A DNA stretch of 64,000 nt from Escherichia coli (GTDB lineage Bacteria > Pseudomonadota > Gammaproteobacteria > Enterobacterales > Enterobacteriaceae). The notes under the pieces are model-generated. The model had not been told where the DNA came from. It did not search any database and saw only the letters and a program-made list of their open reading frames with translations. This document shows positions 46,264 through 58,620 of this stretch, in pieces (positions within the stretch are counted from its first letter, which is position 1; every line of letters begins with the position of its first letter). The stretch lies in NCBI RefSeq assembly GCF_036507355.1, contig NZ_AP027877.1. One strand, written 5' to 3'. A program made the translations under genes and the position numbers.

Positions 46264-47196
46264 TTATGCGTCGCGATTCAGCCAGGCCATGTATTCCGTT
46301 ACACCTTCAGCAACGGTTTTGAACGGTTTGTCGTAACCCGCCGCGCGCAGATTTGTCAGATCTGCCTGAGTGAACGCCTGATAGCGGCCTTTCAGTTTAT
46401 CCGGGAACGGAATGTATTCGATCTGGCCTTTCTTGTGATAAGCCAGCGTAGCATCAGCTACAGCCTGGAAGGATTCCGCACGACCAGTACCGAGATTGAA
46501 GATGCCGGAAACGCCATTTTCCAGGAACCACAGATTCACATCAGCCACGTCGCCCACATAGACGAAGTCGCGTTTGAAGTTCTCGCTACCTTCAAACAGC
46601 TTCGGTGATTCACCGTTGTTAAGCTGGGTGTTGAGATGGAAAGCGACGCTCGCCATGCTGCCTTTATGGCCTTCACGCGGTCCATAAACGTTGAAATAAC
46701 GGAAGCCAACAATCTGCGAGTTCGCTTCAGGCAGGATTTGACGAACATATTCATCAAACAGGAATTTTGAGTAACCGTAGACGTTCAACGGTTTTTCGTA
46801 CTCGCGGGATTCAATAAAGTCGGAGGTGCGTCCGCCGTAGGTGGCCGCGGAAGATGCATACAGGAACGGGATTTCGCGCTCCAGACAGTAGTGCAGCAGC
46901 TCTTTGGAGTATTGATAGTTGTTATCCATCATATACTTGCCATCCCACTCGGTGGTGGAAGAGCATGCGCCTTCGTGGAAAATCGCTTCGACATCGCCGA
47001 ACTCTTCGCCAGCCATAATCTGGATCAGGAAGTCTTCCTTATCCATATAGTCTGCGATATTCAGATCCACCAGGTTCACAAACTTGGTGCCGTCTTTCAG
47101 GTTGTCCACCACCAGAATATCGGTGATGCCTTTATCATTCAGGGCCTTAACGATGTTGCTGCCGATAAAGCCCGCGCCGCCGGTAACGATGATCAT
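46264..47196 (-). CDS. hldD: ADP-L-glycero-D-manno-heptose 6-epimerase
   Basis: 310-aa [26 protein letters not shown]... (Rossmann GxxGxxG). Confidence 0.95.
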
Positions 47197-47499
47197 AACT
47201 GTAACCTTCGAATTATGGAGTCAGAGACAATCTCAGACACGAATGTCTGTAATCATACCATCACATCCGAATCCCTTCAGCCCTTTACATAGAGATGCAA
47301 GGATGCTAATTGCAACAAACTAGTTTGGGTTTTAGCTAGTCCTTCATGGCGGATGTTGGTTTTGCACGTGAATAGTGCTTTAGTATCAATATTCCGATGT
47401 ATGGTAAATAACGGAAGCATTTGAATGGATAATATACAGTATACATTCTGTTAATATTTATGATATAATTCTTTTTTTATATTAATGGTCTTATTAGTA

Positions 47500-48357
47500 A
47501 TGAAATCATCCACCACAATTATCACTGCATATTTTGACATTGGTAGAGGGGATTGGACTGCTAATAAAGGGTTCCGTGAAAAACTAGCTCGTTCAGTTGA
47601 TGTTTATTTTAGTTACTTTGAGCGTCTGGCCGTACTTGAAAATGAGATGATTATTTTCACTTCTCCCGATTTGAAACCAAGGGTTGAAGCGATTCGCAAC
47701 GGAAAACCAACAACGGTTATCGCTATCGATATAAAAAAGAAATTTAGACATATCAGAAGTCGTATCGAAAAAATTCAAAAAGATGAGTCGTTTACAAATA
47801 GACTTGAGCCTCGACAATTAAAAAACCCAGAGTACTGGTCACCAGAGTATGTTTTGGTATGTAACCTTAAGGCCTATTTTGTAAATAAAGCTATCAACAT
47901 GGGCTTAGTGAAAACGCCTCTTGTTGCGTGGATAGATTTTGGCTATTGCCGTAAGCCAAATGTGACTCGAGGATTGAAAATTTGGGATTTCCCATTTGAT
48001 GAAAATAAGATGCATCTTTTCACTATAAAAAAAGGGCTTACTGTTACATCTCAACAACAGGCTTTTGATTTCATGATTGGCAATCATGTATATATTATTG
48101 GGGGCGCAATTGTTGGTTCACAGCATAAATGGAAAGAATTCTATAAATTAGTTCTGGAAAGTCAAAAAATAACACTAAACAATAACATTGTGGACGATGA
48201 CCAGGGCATTTTTGTCATGTGCTATTACAAACGTTCCGATCTCTTCAACCTAAACTATCTGGGGAGAGGAAAATGGTTCGATTTGTTTCGCTGCTTCAGG
48301 AGTAACACTTTAGGGGCAAAAATGCAGGCGCTGAGAATTTTCCTTTCAAGAAAATAG
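47500..48357 (+). CDS. htrL: HtrL/YibB-family protein
   Basis: ATG at 47500 (MKSSTTIITAYFDIGRGDW...), AT-rich; conserved position next to hldD. Confidence 0.7.
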   Translation: MKSSTTIITAYFDIGRGDWTANKGFREKLARSVDVYFSYFERLAVLENEMIIFTSPDLKPRVEAIRNGKPTTVIAIDIKKKFRHIRSRIEKIQKDESFTNRLEPRQLKNPEYWSPEYVLVCNLKAYFVNKAINMGLVKTPLVAWIDFGYCRKPNVTRGLKIWDFPFDENKMHLFTIKKGLTVTSQQQAFDFMIGNHVYIIGGAIVGSQHKWKEFYKLVLESQKITLNNNIVDDDQGIFVMCYYKRSDLFNLNYLGRGKWFDLFRCFRSNTLGAKMQALRIFLSRK

Positions 48358-48631
48358 GTTTCCCGCCATTAGTGGGTAGCGTTTTGATGCCAACTGAGAT
48401 AGGAAAAATGATGTTTTGGCATCATTTTTTCTTTTTATATCAATGCAGTAAAATCACTCATCATTATGCTCAGCCAAAACTGTACAGTTTTTCTACTATC
48501 TGTAGGTGTTGAGAGACATCAAGATACACGTTATTTATCCTGAATTTTGCAGAAGTGTTAACGCGTCATCTCGTCGCGACCTATAAGTTTGGGTAATATG
48601 TGCTGGAATTTGCCCTGTCTGGAGAATCGCA

Positions 48632-49828
48632 ATGCGTGGAGAATTTTATCAGCAGTTAACCAACGATCTGGAAACCGCACGGGCGGAAGGGTTGTTTAAA
48701 GAAGAGCGCATTATTACGTCTGCGCAGCAAGCAGATATCACTGTGGCTGATGGAAGCCACGTCATTAACTTTTGTGCCAATAACTATCTCGGGCTGGCGA
48801 ATCATCCGGATCTGATTGCGGCGGCAAAGGCGGGAATGGATTCTCACGGTTTCGGCATGGCTTCGGTGCGTTTTATTTGCGGCACTCAGGACAGCCATAA
48901 AGAGCTTGAACAAAAACTGGCGGCATTCCTGGGGATGGAAGATGCGATTCTCTACTCTTCCTGCTTTGATGCTAACGGTGGCCTGTTTGAAACGCTGCTG
49001 GGCGCGGAAGACGCCATTATCTCCGACGCACTGAACCACGCGTCTATTATTGATGGTGTGCGTCTGTGTAAAGCTAAACGCTATCGCTATGCCAACAACG
49101 ATATGCAGGAGCTGGAAGCACGTCTGAAAGAAGCGCGTGAAGCCGGTGCGCGTCATGTGCTGATTGCCACCGATGGTGTGTTCTCGATGGACGGCGTGAT
49201 TGCCAACCTGAAAGGCGTTTGCGATCTGGCAGATAAATACGATGCCCTGGTGATGGTAGACGACTCCCACGCGGTCGGTTTTGTCGGTGAAAATGGTCGT
49301 GGTTCCCATGAATACTGCGATGTGATGGGCCGGGTCGATATTATCACCGGTACGCTTGGTAAAGCGCTGGGCGGGGCTTCTGGTGGTTATACCGCGGCGC
49401 GCAAAGAAGTGGTTGAGTGGCTGCGCCAGCGTTCTCGTTCGTATCTGTTCTCCAACTCGCTGGCACCGGCCATTGTTGCCGCATCCATCAAAGTGCTGGA
49501 GATGGTCGAAGCGGGTAGCGAGCTGCGTGACCGTCTGTGGGCGAACGCGCGTCAGTTCCGTGAGCAAATGTCGGCAGCGGGCTTTACCCTGGCGGGAGCC
49601 GATCACGCCATTATTCCGGTCATGCTTGGTGATGCGGTAGTGGCGCAGAAATTTGCCCGTGAGCTGCAAAAAGAGGGCATTTACGTCACCGGTTTCTTCT
49701 ATCCGGTCGTTCCGAAAGGTCAGGCGCGTATTCGTACCCAGATGTCTGCGGCGCATACCCCTGAGCAAATTACGCGTGCAGTAGAAGCATTCACGCGTAT
49801 TGGTAAACAACTGGGCGTTATTGCCTGA
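48632..49828 (+). CDS. kbl: 2-amino-3-ketobutyrate CoA ligase (glycine C-acetyltransferase)
   Basis: 398-aa PLP-dependent [35 protein letters not shown]... Confidence 0.95.
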   Translation: MRGEFYQQLTNDLETARAEGLFKEERIITSAQQADITVADGSHVINFCANNYLGLANHPDLIAAAKAGMDSHGFGMASVRFICGTQDSHKELEQKLAAFLGMEDAILYSSCFDANGGLFETLLGAEDAIISDALNHASIIDGVRLCKAKRYRYANNDMQELEARLKEAREAGARHVLIATDGVFSMDGVIANLKGVCDLADKYDALVMVDDSHAVGFVGENGRGSHEYCDVMGRVDIITGTLGKALGGASGGYTAARKEVVEWLRQRSRSYLFSNSLAPAIVAASIKVLEMVEAGSELRDRLWANARQFREQMSAAGFTLAGADHAIIPVMLGDAVVAQKFARELQKEGIYVTGFFYPVVPKGQARIRTQMSAAHTPEQITRAVEAFTRIGKQLGVIA

Positions 49829-49837
49829 GGATGTGAG

Positions 49838-50863
49838 ATGAAAGCGTTATCCAAACTGAAAGCGGAAGAGGGCATCTGGATGACCGACGTTCCTGTACCG
49901 GAACTCGGGCATAACGATCTGCTGATTAAAATCCGTAAAACAGCCATCTGCGGGACTGACGTTCACATCTATAACTGGGATGAGTGGTCGCAAAAAACCA
50001 TCCCGGTGCCGATGGTCGTAGGCCATGAATATGTCGGTGAAGTGGTAGGTATTGGTCAGGAAGTGAAAGGCTTCAAGATTGGCGATCGCGTTTCTGGCGA
50101 AGGCCATATCACTTGCGGTCACTGTCGCAACTGTCGTGGCGGTCGTACCCATCTGTGCCGCAACACGATCGGCGTCGGCGTTAACCGTCCGGGCTGCTTC
50201 GCCGAATATCTGGTGATCCCGGCGTTCAACGCCTTCAAAATCCCAGACAATATCTCCGACGACCTGGCTTCCATTTTTGATCCCTTCGGTAACGCCGTGC
50301 ATACCGCGCTGTCGTTCGATCTGGTTGGCGAGGATGTGCTGGTCTCTGGTGCAGGGCCGATAGGTATCATGGCTGCGGCGGTGGCGAAACACGTTGGTGC
50401 ACGCAACGTGGTGATCACGGATGTTAATGAATACCGCCTTGAGCTGGCGCGTAAAATGGGTATCACCCGTGCGGTTAACGTCGCTAAAGAAAACCTTAAT
50501 GATGTGATGGCAGAACTGGGCATGACCGAAGGCTTTGATGTCGGTCTGGAAATGTCCGGTGCGCCGCCAGCGTTTCGTACCATGCTCGACACCATGAACC
50601 ACGGCGGTCGTATTGCGATGCTGGGTATTCCACCTTCTGACATGTCGATAGACTGGACAAAAGTGATCTTTAAGGGCTTGTTCATTAAAGGCATTTACGG
50701 TCGTGAGATGTTTGAAACCTGGTACAAGATGGCGGCGCTGATTCAGTCTGGCCTCGATCTCTCGCCGATCATTACCCATCGTTTCTCTATCGATGATTTC
50801 CAGAAGGGCTTTGACGCTATGCGTTCGGGCCAGTCCGGGAAAGTTATTCTGAGCTGGGATTAA
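49838..50863 (+). CDS. tdh: L-threonine 3-dehydrogenase
   Basis: 341-aa Zn-dependent alcohol-dehydrogenase-family [48 protein letters not shown]... Confidence 0.95.
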
Positions 50864-51101
50864 CACGAACAAGGGCTGGTATTCCAGCCCTTTTGCCTGA
50901 GGATAATCCGTTAAATATGTAAAATCCTGTCAGTGTAATAAAGAGTTCGTAATTGTGCTGATCTCTTATATAGCTGCTCTCATTATCTCTCTACCCTGAA
51001 GTGACTCTCTCACCTGTAAAAATAATATCTCACAGGCTTAATAGTTTCTTAATACAAAGCCTGTAAAACGTCAGGATAACTTCAGAGGTCGTCGGTAATT
51101 T

Positions 51102-52136
51102 ATGATGAACAGCACCAATAAACTTAGTGTTATTATTCCGTTATATAATGCGGGCGATGATTTCCGCACTTGTATGGAATCTTTAATTACGCAAACCTGG
51201 ACTGCTCTGGAAATCATTATTATTAACGATGGTTCAACGGATAATTCTGTTGAAATAGCAAAGCATTACGCAGAAAACTATCCGCACGTTCGTTTGTTGC
51301 ATCAGGCGAATGCTGGCGCATCGGTGGCGCGTAATCGTGGGATTGAAGTGGCAACGGGCAAATATGTCGCTTTTGTCGATGCTGACGATGAAGTCTATCC
51401 CACCATGTACGAAACGCTGATGACCATGGCGTTAGAGGACGACCTCGACGTGGCGCAGTGCAACGCTGACTGGTGTTTTCGTGAAACGGGAGAAACCTGG
51501 CAATCCATCCCCAGCGATCGCCTTCGCTCAACCGGTGTATTAACCGGCCCGGACTGGCTGCGGATGGGGCTTTCTTCGCGCCGTTGGACTCACGTTGTCT
51601 GGATGGGGGTTTATCGCCGCGATGTTATTGTTAAAAATAACATTAAATTTATTGCCGGATTACATCATCAGGATATTGTCTGGACAACAGAATTCATGTT
51701 TAATGCGCTGCGTGCGCGATATACCGAGCAATCATTATATAAATATTATCTGCATAATACGTCAGTGAGTCGGTTGCATAGACAAGGGAATAAAAACCTT
51801 AATTATCAACGTCACTATATTAAGATTACCCGCCTGCTGGAGAAATTAAATCGAAATTATGCCGACAAAATTACGATTTATCCGGAATTTCATCAGCAAA
51901 TAACTTACGAAGCATTGCGTGTTTGCCATGCGGTGCGCAAAGAGCCGGATATTCTTACCCGCCAACGGATGATTGCCGAGATATTTACTTCCGGTATGTA
52001 TAAGCGCCTGATTACCAATGTGCGCAGCGTGAAGGTGGGTTACCAGGCGTTACTGTGGTCTTTCCGCTTATGGCAATGGCGCGACAAAACGCGGTCGCAC
52101 CATCGCATTACGCGTAGCGCCTTTAATTTGCGCTAG
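51102..52136 (+). CDS. waaH: GT2 glycosyltransferase (WaaH/YibD)
   Basis: 344-aa ORF with GT2 motifs (LSVIIPLYNAG, DADDE). Confidence 0.8.
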   Translation: MMNSTNKLSVIIPLYNAGDDFRTCMESLITQTWTALEIIIINDGSTDNSVEIAKHYAENYPHVRLLHQANAGASVARNRGIEVATGKYVAFVDADDEVYPTMYETLMTMALEDDLDVAQCNADWCFRETGETWQSIPSDRLRSTGVLTGPDWLRMGLSSRRWTHVVWMGVYRRDVIVKNNIKFIAGLHHQDIVWTTEFMFNALRARYTEQSLYKYYLHNTSVSRLHRQGNKNLNYQRHYIKITRLLEKLNRNYADKITIYPEFHQQITYEALRVCHAVRKEPDILTRQRMIAEIFTSGMYKRLITNVRSVKVGYQALLWSFRLWQWRDKTRSHHRITRSAFNLR

Positions 52137-53082
52137 CGTTAAGTTTCGCCGCTTCGGGCTGTTTGCCCCAGCCTTGCCACTGATGCTGGAAGTAAACGAT
52201 CAGCGTGCTCTGGCTGATGCTTTCGCTTAATACTTCAAAGAAGCGATTAGCATAAACAGGTTCTATCGGTTTCTTCGGTTTGCACAGCTTCACGCCACGG
52301 AACGGATTACGCGGTGTGTCGGGCACAGTGTTTTTCGGCGGTGTAGACGTATCAACCTGCGGTTCATTCAGCAAGCTGCTGGCTTTTACCAGCGTAATGT
52401 CTGGCGGCAGGTTATAAACCATCTGTTGTAGCACGCGTACCGTTGAAGGGTGAGGATGCCCAATGGCAATGGTTGAACCGTTGCGACGCGCCAGGTCAAT
52501 TGCACGATTAAACTGCACACGGATGTCCGCTTCGTTCTGTGAATCGTCGAGGAACACCTTCCGTTTAATAACCTTCACGCCAGTGCCTTGCGCGGCGCGC
52601 ATCGCCTGGGTATTACCAATGGTTACGCTGTCGAGGAAGTAAAGATTGTAACGCTCCAGCGCCTGCATCACTTTCTGCATACCAAACAGGTTAGAGGTCA
52701 TCTTGCTACCCATGTGGTTGTTGATCCCCACGGCATAGGGCACGTTATTGACCGCACTACGAATAATGCGCTCAATTTCGTCGCTGCTCATCTCCGGGCG
52801 CAGCGTATTTTTCTCCAGCGGCTGTTTACTCAACGGTGCCATTGGCAGATGAATCAACACTTCGTGACCGCTGTTATGCGCTTTGGTCGCCATCTCTCTG
52901 GCGTGCGGTGAATCGGGTAATACAGCGACGGAGATAGCGGAAGGCATCGCCAGCACCTGGTTTTCGTTGTGCGGGCGATACCCAAAATCATCAATGACGA
53001 TGGCAAGTTTGCCAGCAAGTACGGGGGAGGAGAGCGCCAACAGAGCGGCAAATGCAAGAACGTTACGACGAAATGGAAACAA
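52123..53082 (-). CDS. yibQ: divergent polysaccharide deacetylase family protein
   Basis: 319-aa ORF with N-terminal signal-like segment; upstream of envC in same orientation. Confidence 0.8.
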   Translation of the reverse strand: MFPFRRNVLAFAALLALSSPVLAGKLAIVIDDFGYRPHNENQVLAMPSAISVAVLPDSPHAREMATKAHNSGHEVLIHLPMAPLSKQPLEKNTLRPEMSSDEIERIIRSAVNNVPYAVGINNHMGSKMTSNLFGMQKVMQALERYNLYFLDSVTIGNTQAMRAAQGTGVKVIKRKVFLDDSQNEADIRVQFNRAIDLARRNGSTIAIGHPHPSTVRVLQQMVYNLPPDITLVKASSLLNEPQVDTSTPPKNTVPDTPRNPFRGVKLCKPKKPIEPVYANRFFEVLSESISQSTLIVYFQHQWQGWGKQPEAAKLNASAN

Positions 53083-53085
53083 AAC

Positions 53086-54345
53086 TTATCTTCCCAACCA
53101 CGGCTGTGGATTGACCGCCTGACCCTGGCGGCGAATTTCGAAATAGAGTGAAGGCCGACCCTGACCGCCACTGCTGCCCACCAGTGCAATTGGCTGGCCC
53201 GCGCGAACCTGCGAACCAACGCTCACCAGTGCGCTCTGATTATAGCCGTAAAGACTCATGTCGCCTTTACCATGCTCAACCACCACCACCAGACCGTAGC
53301 CTTGCAGCCAGTCAGCCAGAATCACCCGACCGTCGGCAATCGCTTTAACTTCAGTACCTTCAGAGGCACCAATCACCATCCCTTTCCAGCGTAATTCACC
53401 CTGTAGCTGTTCGCCATAGCGATGCAGCGTCGGCCCGCGAACCGGCCAGAATGCCTGACCACGCGGCGCGCCCAGACCACCGGTACGGGACATCAGCGAT
53501 TTTTCGCTTTCAGTCGGTTTGTAGGTGGTGCCTTTACGCGTCGCTTCTTTCTGGCGGTCGCGAACCGCCTGGGCCTCACGTGCTTCTCGTTCTGCACGCG
53601 CTTTCGCCGCGGCTTCCGCACGGGCAATGCTGTTACGCAGACGGGATTCGTTGGCGCGCAGCTCGCTCAACTGTTGCTGACCTTGCTGGATGGAAGACTC
53701 CAGCCCTGCCAGCGTCTTTTTACGCTCGTTCAGCGCCTGAGTCAGTTTCGCCTGTTGGGCGCGCTGCTCATATAACAGCGTTTGTTGCTCGCTCTGTTTC
53801 TCTTCCAGTTCAGCACGCTGCATGGCGACTTCTTCACGCGTTTGCTTCAACTGGGCAATGGTTTCTTGTCGCGCCTGGTTGAGATAGCCGAAATAAGCCT
53901 GTAAACGCTGTCCACGCTGGCTTTCTTCACCGCTGAGAATCAGCTGAATACCGGTATGCTCGCCCTGACGGAATGCGGCATCCAGTTGTGCGGCGAGGCT
54001 GCGCTCCTGGGCGGCTTTTTGCTGCTCCAGTTTGGCAATCGACGCGTTCATCTCATCAATCTGTTTATTGAGTTGATTGAGCGTATTTTGCGTTTCGCGC
54101 AGCTTACGGGTGGCTTCAGAGATCGCTTCTTCCTGCTTTTTCAATTGTGCGAGCAGGCTTGCGCGTTGTTGTTGCTTTTGGCGTACCGCGCGCTCTTTCG
54201 CGGCGATATCGGCCTGAATAGATTTGAGTTGGTCACGCTCATCCGCGTGGGCGGAAAAGGCGCACAACAATACGCCAGCGCTAAGAACGCTGGCGTAGAT
54301 GATGGGCCTGATTGCAAACCTGCGCGGTTTCACGGCCCGTGTCAT
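53086..54345 (-). CDS. envC: murein hydrolase activator EnvC
   Basis: ATG at 54345 (MTRAVKPRRFAIRPIIYASVLSAGVLLCAFSAHA...), coiled coil and LytM-like C-terminus. Confidence 0.9.
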   Translation of the reverse strand: MTRAVKPRRFAIRPIIYASVLSAGVLLCAFSAHADERDQLKSIQADIAAKERAVRQKQQQRASLLAQLKKQEEAISEATRKLRETQNTLNQLNKQIDEMNASIAKLEQQKAAQERSLAAQLDAAFRQGEHTGIQLILSGEESQRGQRLQAYFGYLNQARQETIAQLKQTREEVAMQRAELEEKQSEQQTLLYEQRAQQAKLTQALNERKKTLAGLESSIQQGQQQLSELRANESRLRNSIARAEAAAKARAEREAREAQAVRDRQKEATRKGTTYKPTESEKSLMSRTGGLGAPRGQAFWPVRGPTLHRYGEQLQGELRWKGMVIGASEGTEVKAIADGRVILADWLQGYGLVVVVEHGKGDMSLYGYNQSALVSVGSQVRAGQPIALVGSSGGQGRPSLYFEIRRQGQAVNPQPWLGR

Positions 54346-54378
54346 GGTATTAATCGCCTTTCCCCTCATGGGGAGGGA

Positions 54379-55923
54379 TTATTCCACGATGAACAGCGGC
54401 TTACCAGTCATCTCTTGCGGGATTTCCATACCCATCAGCGACAACATGGTCGGCGCGATGTCAGAAAGTTTGCCGCCTTCAACCGCTTTCACGTTCTTAT
54501 CACCAACGTAAATCAGCGGAACTGGCAGGTTGGTGTGTGCCGTGTGTGCCTGACCCGTTGCCGGATCGCGCATCTGTTCAGCGTTACCGTGGTCAGCGGT
54601 GATCAGCAGTTGTCCACCCACGGACTCAACCGCTTTCGCGACTTCTTCCACGCAGTGATCCAGTGCTTCAACCGCTTTAACCGCCGCTTCCATCACCCCG
54701 GTGTGACCTACCATGTCGCCGTTCGGATAGTTACAGATAATGGTGTCGTATTTGCCGCTCTTGATGGCCGCAACCAGTTTTTCGGTCAGCTCTGCGGAGC
54801 TCATTTCCGGTTGCAGATCGTAGGTAGCCACTTTCGGTGAGTTGATCAGAATGCGATCTTCGCCTTTGAACGACTCTTCTACGCCACCGTTGAAGAAGAA
54901 AGTAACGTGGGCATATTTTTCGGTTTCGGAAATACGCAACTGAGTTTTGTCGTTTTTCGCCATCCACTCGCCGAAGGTGTTAACCAGGGAAGCGGGTGGG
55001 TAAGCAACCGCAGTTTTGATGTCAGCGGCGTATTCGGTCAGCATCACGAAATCGACGTTAACCACTTTCTTACGCGCGAAGCCATCGAAATCAGCGTTCA
55101 CGAAAGCACGAGTGATTTCACGCGCGCGGTCAGCACGGAAGTTCATGAAAATCAGCGCATCGCCGTCTTCCATTGCCGCATCTGACTGACCTTCTGCACG
55201 AATAACGGTCGCTTTCACGAACTCGTCGTTTTCGTCGCGAGCATAAGCAGCCTGCAAACCAGCAACGGCGGTATCGGCCTGGAACTCACCCTGCGCCAGA
55301 GTCAGCAGGTCATAAGCTTTTTCAACGCGATCCCAACGGTTATCGCGGTCCATCGCGTAGTAACGACCAATGATGGACGCTACGCGGCCTTTACCCAGCG
55401 CGGCAAATTTCTCTTCGAATTTTTTCAGCGAGGATTCAGCACTGCGCGGCGGAGTGTCGCGACCGTCAAGGAATGCGTGCAGGTAGATTTTTTCTGCGCC
55501 GCGTTCAGCTGCCAGTTCTACCATCGCCATGATGTGATCTTCGTGGCTGTGTACGCCGCCTGCGGAGAGCAGACCCATAATGTGTACCGCTTTGCCCGCA
55601 TTTTTCGCTTTATCTACCGCGCCAGTCAGCACTGGATTAGCAAAGAAAGCGCGATCTTTGATTTCAACGTCCAGACGAGTCAGGTCCTGATACACGATGC
55701 GGCCGGCACCCAGGTTAACGTGGCCTACTTCGGAGTTACCCATCTGACGGTCAGGCAGACCCACTTCCAGACCGGAAGCGTCGATCAGGGTATGCGGACG
55801 ATTGGCCCACAGTGCATCCATTACCGGGGTTTTAGCACTAAAAATGGCGTTATCCTGCTGTTCTTCGCGATAGCCATAGCCATCCAGAATCACCAGTACC
55901 ATAGGTTTTTTAGAAACCGACAT
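54379..55923 (-). CDS. gpmM: 2,3-bisphosphoglycerate-independent phosphoglycerate mutase
   Basis: ATG at 55923 ([19 protein letters not shown]...). Confidence 0.95.
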   Translation of the reverse strand: MSVSKKPMVLVILDGYGYREEQQDNAIFSAKTPVMDALWANRPHTLIDASGLEVGLPDRQMGNSEVGHVNLGAGRIVYQDLTRLDVEIKDRAFFANPVLTGAVDKAKNAGKAVHIMGLLSAGGVHSHEDHIMAMVELAAERGAEKIYLHAFLDGRDTPPRSAESSLKKFEEKFAALGKGRVASIIGRYYAMDRDNRWDRVEKAYDLLTLAQGEFQADTAVAGLQAAYARDENDEFVKATVIRAEGQSDAAMEDGDALIFMNFRADRAREITRAFVNADFDGFARKKVVNVDFVMLTEYAADIKTAVAYPPASLVNTFGEWMAKNDKTQLRISETEKYAHVTFFFNGGVEESFKGEDRILINSPKVATYDLQPEMSSAELTEKLVAAIKSGKYDTIICNYPNGDMVGHTGVMEAAVKAVEALDHCVEEVAKAVESVGGQLLITADHGNAEQMRDPATGQAHTAHTNLPVPLIYVGDKNVKAVEGGKLSDIAPTMLSLMGMEIPQEMTGKPLFIVE

Positions 55924-56167
55924 TGCGACAACCTCATACTCAAGAGTCAAAATTTGCGTAATTTTACTACAGCTGAATCGATAAAATAGCCTCTGAAGAT
56001 CAAAATATACGACCGCTCGCGGCAAGCCAGTGCCAGATTTACGCTTTTTTTTCGTCGCGCCCCGCAAAATTGCATTCCAGTTAACGCGCTGGCTGTATTT
56101 GCCGCACCGCGCAGGTATACTCCTTTCCTGGTTTTTTTAATCACTACGTCGGGAGTTGTTACCCCCC

Positions 56168-56599
56168 ATGCAAGAAATTATGCAATTTGTTGGCCGTCAT
56201 CCCATACTGAGTATCGCCTGGATCGCGTTACTGGTGGCGGTTCTTGTGACTACGTTTAAGAGCCTGACCTCGAAAGTGAAGGTGATTACTCGTGGTGAAG
56301 CTACGCGTCTGATCAACAAAGAAGACGCTGTGGTTGTGGATTTACGTCAGCGTGATGACTTCCGTAAAGGCCATATCGCAGGTTCTATTAATCTGTTGCC
56401 GAGCGAAATCAAAGCCAACAATGTTGGTGAGCTTGAGAAGCACAAAGACAAACCGGTTATCGTGGTAGACGGTTCTGGCATGCAGTGCCAGGAGCCTGCA
56501 AACGCACTGACGAAAGCTGGTTTTGCGCAAGTATTCGTGCTGAAAGAAGGCGTCGCTGGCTGGGCTGGCGAAAACTTGCCTTTGGTGCGCGGCAAATAA
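56168..56599 (+). CDS. yibN: rhodanese-domain protein
   Basis: ATG at 56168 ([25 protein letters not shown]...). Confidence 0.85.
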
Positions 56600-56740
56600 T
56601 TTACCTGTCGTCTTTCATGATGCAGGCCGTTAGCTGCAATTAGGCCCCCAGCGACTTATTGTTATAAGCTTCTGGGGACACTCCATTTTGCTGCCGCCCT
56701 GCAACATGAAATTTCAGGGTAAAAAAACAGGAGCTAATTT

Positions 56741-56992
56741 ATGGCCAATGTTGAAATTTATACCAAAGAAACCTGCCCGTATTGCCATCGTGCAAAAGCA
56801 CTGCTGAGCAGCAAGGGCGTGAGTTTCCAGGAGCTGCCGATCGATGGCAACGCCGCCAAGCGTGAAGAGATGATCAAACGCAGCGGTCGCACCACGGTTC
56901 CCCAGATTTTTATTGACGCACAGCACATTGGCGGCTGTGATGACTTGTATGCATTGGATGCACGTGGTGGACTGGATCCCCTGCTGAAATAA
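56741..56992 (+). CDS. grxC: glutaredoxin 3
   Basis: 83-aa ORF with CPYC active site ([22 protein letters not shown]...). Confidence 0.95.
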
Positions 56993-57054
56993 CGTGTGAA
57001 CGTTGGCATTACATTGCGCAGTATTTAAGGACAACACTTAAGGGTTTTCTACAC

Positions 57055-57522
57055 ATGTCAGAACAAAACAACACCGAAATGACTTTCCAGATCCAACGTA
57101 TTTATACCAAGGATATTTCTTTCGAAGCGCCGAACGCGCCGCACGTTTTCCAGAAAGATTGGCAGCCAGAAGTTAAACTTGATCTGGATACGGCATCTAC
57201 TCAACTGGCAGATGACGTTTACGAAGTGGTACTGCGTGTTACCGTAACGGCCTCCCTGGGCGAAGAAACCGCGTTCCTGTGTGAAGTTCAGCAGGGCGGT
57301 ATTTTCTCCATCGCGGGTATCGAAGGCACCCAGATGGCACATTGCCTGGGCGCATACTGCCCGAACATTCTGTTCCCGTATGCTCGTGAGTGCATCACCA
57401 GCATGGTATCCCGCGGTACATTCCCGCAACTGAACCTTGCGCCGGTTAACTTCGATGCGCTGTTCATGAACTATTTGCAGCAGCAGGCTGGCGAAGGTAC
57501 TGAAGAACATCAGGATGCCTGA
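57055..57522 (+). CDS. secB: protein-export chaperone SecB
   Basis: 155-aa [36 protein letters not shown]... Confidence 0.95.
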
Positions 57523-58541
57523 TGAACCAACGTAATGCTTCAATGACTGTGATCGGTGCCGGCTCGTACGGCACCGCTCTTGCCATCACCCTGGCAAGAA
57601 ATGGCCACGAGGTTGTCCTCTGGGGCCATGACCCTGAACATATCGCAACGCTTGAACGCGACCGCTGTAACGCCGCGTTTCTCCCCGATGTGCCTTTTCC
57701 CGATACGCTCCATCTTGAAAGCGATCTCGCCACTGCGCTGGCAGCCAGCCGTAATATTCTCGTCGTCGTACCCAGCCATGTCTTTGGTGAAGTGCTGCGC
57801 CAGATTAAACCGCTGATGCGTCCTGATGCGCGTCTGGTGTGGGCGACCAAAGGGCTGGAAGCGGAAACCGGGCGTCTGTTACAGGACGTGGCCCGCGAGG
57901 CGTTAGGCGATCAAATTCCGCTGGCGGTTATCTCTGGCCCAACGTTTGCGAAAGAACTGGCGGCAGGTTTACCGACAGCTATTTCGCTGGCCTCGACCGA
58001 TCAGACCTTTGCCGATGATCTCCAGCAGCTGCTGCACTGCGGCAAAAGTTTCCGCGTTTACAGTAACCCGGATTTCATTGGCGTGCAGCTTGGCGGCGCG
58101 GTGAAAAACGTCATCGCCATTGGCGCGGGGATGTCCGACGGTATCGGTTTTGGTGCGAATGCGCGTACGGCGCTGATCACCCGTGGGCTGGCTGAAATGT
58201 CGCGTCTTGGCGCGGCGCTGGGTGCCGATCCTGCCACCTTTATGGGCATGGCGGGGCTGGGGGATCTGGTGCTTACCTGTACCGACAACCAGTCGCGTAA
58301 CCGCCGTTTTGGCATGATGCTCGGTCAGGGCATGGATGTACAAAGCGCGCAGGAGAAGATTGGTCAGGTGGTGGAAGGCTACCGCAATACGAAAGAAGTC
58401 CGCGAACTGGCGCATCGCTTCGGCGTTGAAATGCCAATAACCGAGGAAATTTATCAAGTATTATATTGCGGAAAAAACGCGCGCGAGGCAGCATTGACGT
58501 TATTAGGTCGTGCACGCAAGGACGAGCGCAGCAGCCACTAA
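57522..58541 (+). CDS. gpsA: NAD(P)H-dependent glycerol-3-phosphate dehydrogenase
   Basis: 339-aa [32 protein letters not shown]...; start overlaps secB stop (TGATG). Confidence 0.95.
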   Translation: MNQRNASMTVIGAGSYGTALAITLARNGHEVVLWGHDPEHIATLERDRCNAAFLPDVPFPDTLHLESDLATALAASRNILVVVPSHVFGEVLRQIKPLMRPDARLVWATKGLEAETGRLLQDVAREALGDQIPLAVISGPTFAKELAAGLPTAISLASTDQTFADDLQQLLHCGKSFRVYSNPDFIGVQLGGAVKNVIAIGAGMSDGIGFGANARTALITRGLAEMSRLGAALGADPATFMGMAGLGDLVLTCTDNQSRNRRFGMMLGQGMDVQSAQEKIGQVVEGYRNTKEVRELAHRFGVEMPITEEIYQVLYCGKNAREAALTLLGRARKDERSSH

Positions 58542-58620
58542 CCCCAGGGAACCTTTGTTACCGCTATGACCCGGCCCGCGCAGAACGGGCCGGTCATTAT
58601 CTCATCGTGTGGAGTAAGCA

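Noticed and set aside
48656-49810. 384-aa ORF antisense to kbl
   Set aside because: Shadow ORF of a GC-rich conserved gene; translation is low-complexity and Arg/His-rich.
49847-50872. 341-aa ORF antisense to tdh
   Set aside because: Shadow ORF; same reasoning.
53956-54840. 294-aa ORF antisense to envC/gpmM
   Set aside because: Spans two real convergently organised genes on the opposite strand; shadow ORF.
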